A stretch of 54,276 bases of DNA from a virus (lineage: Duplodnaviria > Caudoviricetes), in IMG/VR virus record IMGVR_UViG_3300034102_000129, positions 1 to 54,276 of that record, one strand, 5' to 3'. Positions 1 through 9,355 of this stretch are shown here, one piece after another. The notes beneath the pieces are model-generated. The model was not told the DNA's origin, searched no databases, and saw only the letters and a program-made list of their open reading frames with translations. Numbering within the stretch: position 1 is the first letter of the stretch; every line of letters begins with the position of its first letter. The translations under genes and the position numbers were made by a program.

Positions 1-2
1 TG

Positions 3-98
3 GAGAACCTTCTGATGCGGGTTGGCGGGGCGATTATCGTCATCCTGCTGACCGCGTTTGGCACGGTGACGATGATGTGGCTGGAGTCCATTAAGTGA
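3..98 (+). CDS. 5'-truncated small membrane protein (holin/lysis-associated candidate)
   Basis: Open frame from the window edge, ENLLMRVGGAIIVILLTAFGTVTMMWLESIK*, with one hydrophobic helix. Its TGA overlaps the GTG start of the next gene (GTGA). Confidence 0.55.
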   Translation, partial: ENLLMRVGGAIIVILLTAFGTVTMMWLESIK

Positions 99-382
99 AG
101 GAAGAGGGGGCCAGTTCTGTGAACTTCGGCGAGATAATGAAGATGTTGGTTCCCGTCCTGATTGCCTGCATCGCATGGCTTCTGGGGCAGGTCACATCCT
201 TCAGCACCCGTCTGACCAAGATTGAGGGTCAGATGCCTGCGCTTATCACGCCGGAGGGTGTGCCGACCGACAGCCCTGTTTCGGCAGAGCGTCGTCAGCG
301 TCAGAAGGAAGAACTGCTCGACAAGATTTATGACCTACAGATGCGGGTCAAACTGCTTGAACAGAAGGAGAAGGACAAGTGA
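95..382 (+). CDS. small membrane protein (N-terminal TM plus coiled coil), lysis cassette
   Basis: Hydrophobic MLVPVLIACIAWLLG followed by a charged helical tail. GTGA-coupled on both sides. Confidence 0.6.
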   Translation: MKEEGASSVNFGEIMKMLVPVLIACIAWLLGQVTSFSTRLTKIEGQMPALITPEGVPTDSPVSAERRQRQKEELLDKIYDLQMRVKLLEQKEKDK

Positions 383-921
383 TACCTGCCGCTATCCAAG
401 CCATCCTTACACCCCTCCTTGGTAACGGGTTGAACCTCGTTGCCAACGCCGTCATGGCAAAGGGCAAGGACTATGTCGAAAAGAAGTTGGGCGTTGAACT
501 GAAGCCGGATATGTCCAGCGAGGACTTGGCGAAGGTTCAGATCGCACAGATGGAGCATGAGGAAGAACTGCTGCGGCTCCGTATCGAAGAGGACAAACTT
601 GACCTTGCGGAGTTGGAACTCCGTTTAAAGGACACAGATTCAGCGCGGGAGCGGGAGGTACAGATCTCCACATCTGACAAAGCCCCCTTGCTCAACAAGA
701 TCGTGACCCCCGTTCTCGCGCTGTCTATTCTGCTGCTGACCTTCGTGCTGTTTGGTGTGGTCATGTTCGACGATACCCCGGTTGAGGCAAGCCGCAAGGA
801 CATCCTCATCTACATCTTGGGTGTGCTGTCTGCCATCGCCAGCCAAATCGTTAGTTACTACTTTGGTTCCAGCCAGAGCAGCAAGGACAAGACCGACGCA
901 CTCAAGGAGGCTATCAAGTGA
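379..921 (+). CDS. putative holin
   Basis: Two C-terminal TM segments, DTDSARERE and terminal YYFGSS motifs typical of phage holin-like proteins. Lies directly upstream of the endolysin. Confidence 0.65.
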   Translation: MIPAAIQAILTPLLGNGLNLVANAVMAKGKDYVEKKLGVELKPDMSSEDLAKVQIAQMEHEEELLRLRIEEDKLDLAELELRLKDTDSAREREVQISTSDKAPLLNKIVTPVLALSILLLTFVLFGVVMFDDTPVEASRKDILIYILGVLSAIASQIVSYYFGSSQSSKDKTDALKEAIK

Positions 922-1256
922 GTCTCGTAGCAGAACAGGCGGCGTTCCTGCTGGATGTCGCCAAACTCATCAACAAGGCGACGGAGTTGGGCTTTGTGGT
1001 GACGGGCGGTGAACTTGCCCGTACCCCGGAACAGCAAGCCATCTATGTCAAGACGGGTCGCTCCAAGACGATGAACAGCATTCATCTTAAGCGGTGCGCC
1101 ATCGACCTTAACTTCTTCAAGGACGGCAAACTGACCTACGACATCCCTGCTCTTACGCCGGTCGGTGAGTATTGGCAGAGCCTCAACCCCAAGAATCAAT
1201 GGGGCGGGTTCTGGAAGTCGTTCAAGGATGTTCCTCATTTTGAACGCAAGGTATAA
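918..1256 (+). CDS. endolysin, peptidase M15 family (Zn D-Ala-D-Ala / L-Ala-D-Glu peptidase-like)
   Basis: SxHxxxxAxD motif (SIHLKRCAID) and C-terminal WGGFW...DVPHFE. Confidence 0.85.
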   Translation: MSLVAEQAAFLLDVAKLINKATELGFVVTGGELARTPEQQAIYVKTGRSKTMNSIHLKRCAIDLNFFKDGKLTYDIPALTPVGEYWQSLNPKNQWGGFWKSFKDVPHFERKV

Positions 1257-1258
1257 CG

Positions 1259-3550
1259 ATGCCTTTGCAAAAACTGGAACTTAGACCCGGCGTAAATCGT
1301 GAGGCCACTTCGTATGCCAACGAGGGTGGCTTTTTTGCTGGTGATAAGATCCGGTTCCGTTCTGGCTACGCTGAAAAGATAGGTGGCTGGCAGAACATCA
1401 ATGTCAATGGTAGTACGTTCAAGGGCGTCTGCCGTATGTTGTGGAATTGGATCAGCACGCTTGGTCAGAACCTCGTCGGTCTGGGAACAAGTCAAAAGGT
1501 CTACATTGAGCAAGGCGGCACCTACCATGACATTACCCCGCTTGGTAACTCGCTAACCCTTTCGCAGAATCCGTTCTCAACAACGTCGGGCAGTCGGCTT
1601 GTCACGGTTACAGCCTCGGCGCACTTGTCTTCTATTGGCACCTACGTCAACTTCTCTGGAGCCACTGCGGTGGCTAGCCTAACGTTGGACGGTCAGTATG
1701 AGATTCAAGCCGTTCCAAATGCCAATACGTTCACCATCTATGCTTCTGCTACGGCAAGTTCCACGACGACTGGCGGCGGCTCGCTGGTCATTGCCAAGTT
1801 TGATATTGATGCAGGCAACGCTGTCTATAGTTCGGGCGTTGGCTGGGGTGGCCCTCCTTGGGGATCGGGCGGGTGGGGTTCCTCCACAGGTGCCGGTGTG
1901 GAGATGCGTCTCTGGTCGATGTTCAACTACGGCGATGATTTGATCTTCGCTGAACGTAGTGGCGAGATTTATTTCTGGACGATAGACACCTCTATGTGGC
2001 CCCGTGCAGTTACGCTTGAAGAAAAAGCCAACACGGTCAATAAAGGTTTGACTTTTGGCGCGTTTGCTTCGGGTGTTACCACTATCGTTCTGGACGACAC
2101 GACTGGGTTGGATACGGGCGCGGTACTGTCAGGTAGTGGCATCGTTACCGGTACATACGTCACAGAAGCATGGGACTTCGGCAACTCGGTCACGATCTCG
2201 CAGGCAACGAACGCCTCGGCTACGCTTTCGGCTATCTCGTTCAGTTACGCTGGTCGGCACGTGCCGAATGAAGTCAACACGATCATTAGTTCACCGGTCA
2301 GTGACTTCGTTATATCTTGCGGTTCTACCCCATACGATCCGACTAGTTTTGTTACAACGTTTGACCCACTTCTCGTGCGCTGGTCTGACCAAGGTGTGCC
2401 GTACGAATGGGTTCCTGCAGTGACTAACCAGTCAGGTGAACAGCGTTTGTCGAGTGGTTCGTACATTGTCACAGCCAATAATACCCGTCAGGAAGTTTTG
2501 GTCTGGACGGACACAGCCCTCTTCTCCATGCAGTACGTCGGGCCTCCGTTCGTGTGGTCGTTCACGCTGCTGGATCAAGACACTACTATCGCATCGCAGA
2601 ACTCGGTGCTTACCGTGAACAACGTGGTCTACTGGATGGGCCGCGATAAGTTCTTCATGTATTCGGGGCGCGTTGAGACGCTGCCTTGCACCCTTCGTCA
2701 GTTTGTCTATAACGACATCAACTATGACCAGTTAAGTCAGGTTGCGGCAGGGGCCAACGAGGGCTACAACGAGATCTGGTGGTTCTATCCTTCTGCTAAC
2801 AGCACCATTAATGACCGATATGTCGTTTATAACTACCTTGAACGAATTTGGTACTACGGCAATTTGAACCGCACGTTCTGGGTACAGCACACGCAACGTA
2901 CGTACCCGTTTGCGTCATTCAACGTGCAGCAGGCATACCTTGCCACGAGCATCAACTCGTCGGTCACCACGATTGCCTTGACCGACACTTCGACCTTCCC
3001 GATGACTGGGACAATTACGGTGGACTCGGAGAAGATTTTCTACGCTGCCAAAGACGGCAACACCCTGACTAATTGTGTTCGTGGGTATGACGGCACGACG
3101 GCGGCATCGCATGGTCTTTATGCTTACGTAACTTACACCGTCGCTAACCAAATCATGCTGCACGAGGTGGGTAACGATGATCAGTCGGTCAGCCCTGCCC
3201 TGCCAATTGAGGCATACGTAGAGTCGTCTGACTTTGACATCCAAGACGGGCAGAGTTTTGGTTACGTCTGGCGCATCATCCCTGACCTTAATTTCACGGG
3301 GTCTACGGGTACGAGTCCGACTGTGACCCTCACGGTACGCCCTCGCCAGAACTCAGGTTCTAACTACACGAGCGCAGACAGCCCGACTGTAACGCGCACT
3401 TCAACGGTGCCGATCCAACAGTACACGGGTCAGGTCTACACGCGAGTGCGGGGTCGTCAAATGGCCTTCAAAGTGTCTTCGGCTGATTTAGGCGTGGCGT
3501 GGCAGATGGGTGTTATGCGTATCGACGTTCGACCGGATGGACGCCGATGA
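1259..3550 (+). CDS. virion tail/stabilisation protein (tail tubular B / nozzle-like)
   Basis: 763 aa, beta-rich and T/S/G-rich, with LVRWSDQ, EIWWFYPS and terminal RIDVRPDGRR motifs characteristic of podophage tail proteins. Positioned before the internal virion genes. Confidence 0.7.
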   Translation: MPLQKLELRPGVNREATSYANEGGFFAGDKIRFRSGYAEKIGGWQNINVNGSTFKGVCRMLWNWISTLGQNLVGLGTSQKVYIEQGGTYHDITPLGNSLTLSQNPFSTTSGSRLVTVTASAHLSSIGTYVNFSGATAVASLTLDGQYEIQAVPNANTFTIYASATASSTTTGGGSLVIAKFDIDAGNAVYSSGVGWGGPPWGSGGWGSSTGAGVEMRLWSMFNYGDDLIFAERSGEIYFWTIDTSMWPRAVTLEEKANTVNKGLTFGAFASGVTTIVLDDTTGLDTGAVLSGSGIVTGTYVTEAWDFGNSVTISQATNASATLSAISFSYAGRHVPNEVNTIISSPVSDFVISCGSTPYDPTSFVTTFDPLLVRWSDQGVPYEWVPAVTNQSGEQRLSSGSYIVTANNTRQEVLVWTDTALFSMQYVGPPFVWSFTLLDQDTTIASQNSVLTVNNVVYWMGRDKFFMYSGRVETLPCTLRQFVYNDINYDQLSQVAAGANEGYNEIWWFYPSANSTINDRYVVYNYLERIWYYGNLNRTFWVQHTQRTYPFASFNVQQAYLATSINSSVTTIALTDTSTFPMTGTITVDSEKIFYAAKDGNTLTNCVRGYDGTTAASHGLYAYVTYTVANQIMLHEVGNDDQSVSPALPIEAYVESSDFDIQDGQSFGYVWRIIPDLNFTGSTGTSPTVTLTVRPRQNSGSNYTSADSPTVTRTSTVPIQQYTGQVYTRVRGRQMAFKVSSADLGVAWQMGVMRIDVRPDGRR

Positions 3551-4143
3551 CCGTCGCACGTGGCATATCTACGCCGAATTTGCCGGTTGCTCCGATTCAA
3601 TACGAGCAGCGGTTTCAAGATCAATTTAGTAACGTCTTGCGGCTTTTCTTTAGGCAGGTAGCCAATCGGGTTAATTCACCGACCGCACACGCTTCGTATT
3701 TTGATACGACGACGCAGCCAAATCCGGTTGCGGATGCCGTTAATTTGTTTACTTACAATTCAGTAGTTACCCAGCAGGCTGTTACACGCGGTACCCCAAC
3801 ATCCAAAATCTACGTTGCTCAGACTGGGATTTATAACTTTCAGTTTTCTGCCCAGTTAGATAAAACGGGCGGTTCGGCAAGTGCCGTATATATCTGGCCT
3901 CGTATTAACGGGGTAAACCTGCCGGACTCGGCTACTAAAGTTGTTATTGACGGACCAAATAGCGAAATTGTTCCGGCTTGGAATTTTGTATTAGTAATGC
4001 AAGCAAACGACTATTTTGAGTTGGCTTGGCAATCTTCGGACACCGACGTAGTTATTCCGTATGTAGCCGCAACCGGCAACATCCCAGCGATCCCCTCCAT
4101 CATCTTGACGGTGGTTTGGGTATCAAATTACGAGGCTAACTAA
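3547..4143 (+). CDS. virion structural protein with C1q/BclA-like beta domain
   Basis: ATG at 3547 overlaps the upstream TGA. The GIYNFQFSAQ motif resembles a C1q-type jelly roll. Confidence 0.55.
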   Translation: MTVARGISTPNLPVAPIQYEQRFQDQFSNVLRLFFRQVANRVNSPTAHASYFDTTTQPNPVADAVNLFTYNSVVTQQAVTRGTPTSKIYVAQTGIYNFQFSAQLDKTGGSASAVYIWPRINGVNLPDSATKVVIDGPNSEIVPAWNFVLVMQANDYFELAWQSSDTDVVIPYVAATGNIPAIPSIILTVVWVSNYEAN

Positions 4144-4180
4144 TGATACTATCCATCAAACTTGACCCCGTGAGGGAGTT

Positions 4181-6946
4181 ATGAATCAGAGTCAGTCCAT
4201 GGCGGGTCTCGCCTCCCTCGTGCAGTCACGGGGCCGGAACGGCGATTCCATGCTTGTCCACATGACCCCCGGCGAAGTGAAGGGTTTACATGCGCTGGCA
4301 CTGGCCCACGGCGGTAGCCTGACCATCAACCCAGATACAGGGCTGGTAGAGGCAAACTTCCTTAAAAAACTACTGCCGACTGTCCTTGGGTTTGGGCTTA
4401 ACTTTCTTTTCCCCGGCCTTGGTGCGTTGGGTAGTGCGGCCCTTGTAGGTGCGGGTGAAACCATCCGAACAAAGGGTGACCTTGGCAAGGGTTTGATGGC
4501 TGGCCTTGGCGCGTTTGGTGGTGCCAGTCTTGGTGCGGGACTTAGTGCGGCTGCGGGTACTGCGGGCGCTACGGGCGCTGGTGCTAGTAGCACTGGGGCT
4601 TTGACTGCCGAACAAATTGCTCAGAAAGCCATCACAGATGCTGGTCAGTTCGGGTACGCAAACGCAGTTCCTGCTGCTCAAACGGCTATGACAACTGCGG
4701 CTCCTGCTTCTGCGACGGCACCCGGCTTCTTCAATCAGATGGGTCAAGGTATCTCGGCTCTTGCTAATCCTGCTGGTCGTACCGCGTTCATGAATGCTGT
4801 GCCCGGTGGCATGATGGGTATTGCGGCTGGTGGTGTGGGCATCGCTGATGCACTATCTCCCGACTACAAGATGCCGACCGGCGGGAACATGGAGATTGAC
4901 CAGTCCTACTACGAAGGTGGCGACTACGACCCTGTGACCGGGACATTCCGGCAGGGGCAGTGGCGTAAGGGCTATCCCGGCTTCCCTCCGCCGGGCATGG
5001 CAGGAGGCGGCGTAATTCCAGCCCCAAATGGTAATTATCCGTTGGCTAGGCCATCTAATTCCGTAGGTGGATATGGGCCAGACATCGACCCATATACGGG
5101 CGAAGAGCGGTTTGCCGCTGGTGGAGCGGCAGTGGGCCGACGAAGTTACGAAGAGATGCCGATAGACCCAGAGTTGGCTCGACCCAACTCAGCCAAGGCT
5201 GGTTGGATGCAGTACATGCAGCAGAACCCGGCAGAGCAACAGCGGTTTATTGATTCGGGTTATCCGGCAGAGTTTTTCCAACAGAACCCAGAGACCTTTA
5301 CTGGGAATCGCCCGTTTATTGCCGGTAAAGACGAGGCAACTAGAGCCTCTGAACAAGCACGGTTAGCGCAGCAGGGTATTACCTCTCCGTCTGCGATGCC
5401 GCAGTACCAGTCTGCTCCTCAAAGCGCAGACTCTTTTGCTTCTTATTTGCAGAACCTTAACCAGTACGTCACTTCGCCTGTCGCTGCTCCCACACCTCCC
5501 GCGCAGCAGCCTCCTCCTGCTAGGGTAACCCCTCCGGGCGCTGGTGGTAGACCGGTTGCTGGTGGTAGTTACTCTGGCGATGGCAGGATGCGTTGGGATT
5601 CGACTCAAGGCCGCTTCGTTGCTGATGCTCCGCAAGGTCGTTTCGGCGGCACTGACCCGTTCTCGGATATTGGCAACATAGATTTGTCCAACTTTGGCAA
5701 CATAGATTTTTCTAGGTTGCAAGAACTTATGGGCGGAATGAGTGGGGCCAGAGGCGGTAATACCCCCGGCCCAAGGGATAGGAACATGTACGACCAGTTT
5801 ACTGGTGACATGGGCGACGATATGGGTGACATGGGTAGTAGAGGTGTTCCCCCAACAACTTCGATGGGAGGCGGGATGTATGGCCCAACTACCGGTAATC
5901 AGCAGATAGAAATGGGTGACATGGGCGATGTTGCCTACGCTGGCGGTACACCCGGCTTTGATATGACTGGCGGTATGGGCGGTATGGGTGACATGGGCGA
6001 GGGAAGTTACGCTCCTGATATGTCTATGTACGGGCAGCAGCCTTCTGCTGATCTCCAAGCGCTAATGAATCTTCAATCTCAAGGGTTTGGACGTACTGAT
6101 TCTCCTGAGATGCAAGGGCCATTTCGGTCGATTGAGTCACCTGTGCCACAGTATCAACGTGAACTTGCACCTGACCTCAATCCGTACTCGCCTCGTATCA
6201 TCGAGGAAGAGCCTTCGGCTATGGCTCACGTCTATCAGCCGCCTGCCATGACTCCGTTCAGCGAACCTGAGCGTAATTACATGCCCGAGCCTTCGGCTAT
6301 GGCTCACGTCTATCAGCCGCCTGCCATGACTCCGTTCAGCGAACCTGAGCGTAATTACATGCCCGAGCCTTATATGTCAGAAATGCAAGGAGGGTTCGGA
6401 AGTATGGGTGATATGCAGCAACCGGCTCCGCAACCCGTATCTGATATGGGCGGCTTCGGTATGTTTGGCGGTGGCGATGGTGGGCTGGGCTTTAGTGGTA
6501 TGGGGCAACCGGCTCCGCAGCAGCCTGCTCCCTCGTTTGATATGAGCGGCTTTGGTGGGTTTGGCGGAATGCCACAGCAGCCTGCTCCCTCGTTTGATAT
6601 GAACGGTATGAGCGGGGGCATGGATTTCGGTGGCGGTATGGACTATAGCGACGGAGGCTTTGCTGGCGGTGGCGCGATCCAATACGCTGCGGGTGGTAAG
6701 TTCCTGCGCGGCCCCGGCGATGGCATGTCGGATGACATCAAGGCCAACATCAACGGTGAGCAAGAAGCCCGGCTGGCTGATGGCGAGTTCGTCATCCCTG
6801 CCGATGTGGTTTCTCATATCGGTAACGGCTCAAGCGAAGCCGGTGCTGATCGGCTCTACAAGATGATGGCCGATGTGCGTCGGGCAAGAACGGGTAAGCG
6901 TAAACAAGCCCCGGCAATTAAGGCTGGGAAGTACATTCCAAAATGA
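4181..6946 (+). CDS. internal virion/ejection protein, low-complexity, with C-terminal GPG..SD..LxDGEFV domain
   Basis: 921 aa. N-terminal GRNGDSMLVHMTPGEV...INPDTGL domain, hydrophobic G/A segment, M/G/P/Q-rich disordered middle, C-terminal GPGDGMSDDI...RLADGEFVIPADVV. RBS GAGGGAG. Confidence 0.7.
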   Translation: MNQSQSMAGLASLVQSRGRNGDSMLVHMTPGEVKGLHALALAHGGSLTINPDTGLVEANFLKKLLPTVLGFGLNFLFPGLGALGSAALVGAGETIRTKGDLGKGLMAGLGAFGGASLGAGLSAAAGTAGATGAGASSTGALTAEQIAQKAITDAGQFGYANAVPAAQTAMTTAAPASATAPGFFNQMGQGISALANPAGRTAFMNAVPGGMMGIAAGGVGIADALSPDYKMPTGGNMEIDQSYYEGGDYDPVTGTFRQGQWRKGYPGFPPPGMAGGGVIPAPNGNYPLARPSNSVGGYGPDIDPYTGEERFAAGGAAVGRRSYEEMPIDPELARPNSAKAGWMQYMQQNPAEQQRFIDSGYPAEFFQQNPETFTGNRPFIAGKDEATRASEQARLAQQGITSPSAMPQYQSAPQSADSFASYLQNLNQYVTSPVAAPTPPAQQPPPARVTPPGAGGRPVAGGSYSGDGRMRWDSTQGRFVADAPQGRFGGTDPFSDIGNIDLSNFGNIDFSRLQELMGGMSGARGGNTPGPRDRNMYDQFTGDMGDDMGDMGSRGVPPTTSMGGGMYGPTTGNQQIEMGDMGDVAYAGGTPGFDMTGGMGGMGDMGEGSYAPDMSMYGQQPSADLQALMNLQSQGFGRTDSPEMQGPFRSIESPVPQYQRELAPDLNPYSPRIIEEEPSAMAHVYQPPAMTPFSEPERNYMPEPSAMAHVYQPPAMTPFSEPERNYMPEPYMSEMQGGFGSMGDMQQPAPQPVSDMGGFGMFGGGDGGLGFSGMGQPAPQQPAPSFDMSGFGGFGGMPQQPAPSFDMNGMSGGMDFGGGMDYSDGGFAGGGAIQYAAGGKFLRGPGDGMSDDIKANINGEQEARLADGEFVIPADVVSHIGNGSSEAGADRLYKMMADVRRARTGKRKQAPAIKAGKYIPK
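6209..6371 (+). repeat. exact 78-bp tandem duplication (2 copies plus 7 bp), in frame
   Basis: GAGCCTTCGGCTATGGCTCAC...TACATGCCC at 6209 and 6287, encoding EPSAMAHVYQPPAMTPFSEPERNYMP twice. Confidence 0.95.
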
Positions 6947-7398
6947 TTGTACGCCAAATTAAAAACGAAGATAGCGACTTGAAGAAGGTAATTGAACTTC
7001 TTGCAGGGCATTTTGTGCCGGAGCACAAGATGGGGCCATTGAGCGCGATTAACGTAAATCTTGAGAAAGGTATTAAGTGGGTTATTTATAATGTTAATGA
7101 GGCGGCGTTTGGCGTAGAAGAAGACGGTAAACTTGTAGGTTCACTCGGCCTTCACCGTACGTCGCCTTGGTATTCTGATTCCGAGTATTTAGCAGACGGC
7201 TGGTTTTATGTTCTGCCTGAATACCGCAAAACCGGAGTGGGCAAAATGCTAATTGATGCGGCCAAACACCACGCCGAAGAGGCAAAAGTCCCACTCATTA
7301 TAGGGGTCTTCACCAGCGAAGATGCGGATACTAAAGCGCAGGTCATGCAGAAACTTGGCCTGACCATGGTCGGCGGTTTGTTCGCCGCAGGAGTTTAA
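6943..7398 (+). CDS. GNAT-family acyl/acetyltransferase
   Basis: Acyl-CoA binding motif A YVLPEYRKTGVGKMLI in a 151-aa protein. Confidence 0.85.
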   Translation: MIVRQIKNEDSDLKKVIELLAGHFVPEHKMGPLSAINVNLEKGIKWVIYNVNEAAFGVEEDGKLVGSLGLHRTSPWYSDSEYLADGWFYVLPEYRKTGVGKMLIDAAKHHAEEAKVPLIIGVFTSEDADTKAQVMQKLGLTMVGGLFAAGV

Positions 7399-7400
7399 TT

Positions 7401-9344
7401 ATGTGTGGCGGTGGCGGCGGTTCATCACAACCAACTAGTCAAACAGTAACTCAGGTCACGATACCGCCTGAGTTGATGCCGTATGCCAAGAAAGCACTTG
7501 GCACTGCGGAAAGTCTTGTTTACGGCAAACCGTACGAAACCTTCCAAGGTCAGCGTTTTGCGGGGCTTAACCCCCTCCAGATGCAGGCCATGCAGCAGAT
7601 TCAGCAGCAGCAACTTGCACCTCAGATAGGTCAAGCGACTGGTATGGCAGGACTTGCTGGCCTGCAGGCGCAACAACTGGGCCAATACGCCCCCTCGCAG
7701 TATCAAGGGCTGGACGTTAGTTATCTTGGCGCTCAGGCTCCTAACTTGCAGCAGTATCAAATGGGGCCAGCGGAGCGCGTTGGTGCTGATACCGTTTCTG
7801 CACAGAACTTGCAGCAGTACCAGATGGAGGGGCCGGAAAGCGTTGCGGCTCAAACTGATTTTGGTTCTGTCTCTGCGCCCGGTCTTCGTGACATTCAGAT
7901 GGGTGGGCCACAACAGGTTCAAGCACCGTCTGACCTTGAGCGATTGCAGATGGGGCCAGCCGAACGTGTCGGCACCCAAGCCCTTGAACAGTACCAGATG
8001 GGGCCAGCCGAGCAGGTTCAAGCCGAGAAGTTTGGGCTGTCCTCGCTTCAGCCATACATGTCTCCGTACATGCAGGATGTCGTGGAGACCCAGAAGCGCG
8101 AGGCGATGCGCGATGTGGCCCGTCAGATTCCCGGTATGGGCGCTGCCGCTGCTCGTGCGGGTGGGCGTGGCGGTAGCCGTGAAGCATTGCTTCAGTCAGA
8201 GTCTCGCCGCAACCTTGCTAATCAGTTGCAGGGCATTCAGGCCACGGGTACGCAGCAGGCGTTCCAGCAGGCTCAGCAGCAGTATGGCGTTGACCGTGCT
8301 CAAGCGTTGCAGGCGGCGCTGGCTAACCAACAAGCGGGTCTTACCACGGGCCAGCAGAATCTGGCTGCACGACTTGGCGTCCAGCAGTTAGGCGCACAAC
8401 AGGGACTGCAGGCGGCTCTCGCCAATCAGGCGGCGGGTATGCAGGTCGGCCAGCAGAATCTGTCTGCGGCACAGGCTCGCCAGCAGTTGATGGCTCAACA
8501 GGGGCTGGAGGCTCAGCGGCTCAATCAGGCGGCTGGGCTTACTGCCGGTCAGGCCAATCTTCAGGCTGCGCTTCAGACGCAGGGGCTTGGCGCACAGCAG
8601 GGTATGCAGGCTGCGTTGGCTAACCAGCAGGCGCGTATTACTGGGGGCCAGATGGGCCTCCAAGCGTCGTTGGCTAATCAGCAGGCTCGACAGAGAGCGG
8701 CTGAGCAGAACCTTCAGGCTAGACTCGGCGTTCAGCAGTTGGGCGCACAGCAAGGGTTGCAGGCCGGACTCGCTAATCAACAGGCTAGAATGCAGGCTGC
8801 ACTTGCCAACCAGCAGGCGGGTCTGACCACTGGTCAGCAGAACCTCGCGGCTAGACTCGGTGTTCAGCAGTTGGGAGCGCAGCAGGGTCTACAGGCTCAG
8901 TTGGCTAACCAGCAGTCTCAACTTCAGGCTCAGCAGCAAGCGTTGCAGCAGCGTCAATTTGGTACTCAGTTTGGCGAACAGTCGCGGCAGTTCGGTGCCA
9001 ATCTTGGACTGCAGGGTATCCAGCAACAGTTGGCTGCGGCGGGTATGCTTGGCAACCTTGGACAACAGCAGTTTGGTCAGCAGTCTGCAATCAATCAAGC
9101 GCAAGCGGCGGCGGGGCAGCAGTTGCAGGCGCAGGAGCAGCAGAGACTTCAGGCTTCGTACGAAGACTTCCTTGCCCGTCAGCGTTACCCGTACACGCAA
9201 CTTGGTTTCATGTCTGACCTCATCCGTGGTACGCCCACGGCTGGTGGTATCCAGACCATGTATCAAACGCCGCCTAGTATGCTGAGTCAAGTTGCTGGCG
9301 CGGGTCTTGGGTTAGCCGGTCTCTACGGCGCGGGTAGGGGTTAA
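7401..9344 (+). CDS. Gln/Ala/Gly-rich internal virion (DNA ejection/pilot-like) protein
   Basis: Starts MCGGGGGS. Has QMGP repeats, then 11/33-residue helical repeats and a hydrophobic GAGLGLAGLYG tail. RBS AGGAG. Confidence 0.7.
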   Translation: MCGGGGGSSQPTSQTVTQVTIPPELMPYAKKALGTAESLVYGKPYETFQGQRFAGLNPLQMQAMQQIQQQQLAPQIGQATGMAGLAGLQAQQLGQYAPSQYQGLDVSYLGAQAPNLQQYQMGPAERVGADTVSAQNLQQYQMEGPESVAAQTDFGSVSAPGLRDIQMGGPQQVQAPSDLERLQMGPAERVGTQALEQYQMGPAEQVQAEKFGLSSLQPYMSPYMQDVVETQKREAMRDVARQIPGMGAAAARAGGRGGSREALLQSESRRNLANQLQGIQATGTQQAFQQAQQQYGVDRAQALQAALANQQAGLTTGQQNLAARLGVQQLGAQQGLQAALANQAAGMQVGQQNLSAAQARQQLMAQQGLEAQRLNQAAGLTAGQANLQAALQTQGLGAQQGMQAALANQQARITGGQMGLQASLANQQARQRAAEQNLQARLGVQQLGAQQGLQAGLANQQARMQAALANQQAGLTTGQQNLAARLGVQQLGAQQGLQAQLANQQSQLQAQQQALQQRQFGTQFGEQSRQFGANLGLQGIQQQLAAAGMLGNLGQQQFGQQSAINQAQAAAGQQLQAQEQQRLQASYEDFLARQRYPYTQLGFMSDLIRGTPTAGGIQTMYQTPPSMLSQVAGAGLGLAGLYGAGRG

Positions 9345-9355
9345 GGAGAACAAAC

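Noticed and set aside
7654-9285. Alternative-frame ORFs in the Q-rich gene
   Set aside because: Frame-shifted read-outs of repetitive CAG/GCT codons giving S/R/W-rich sequence, with no initiation signals.
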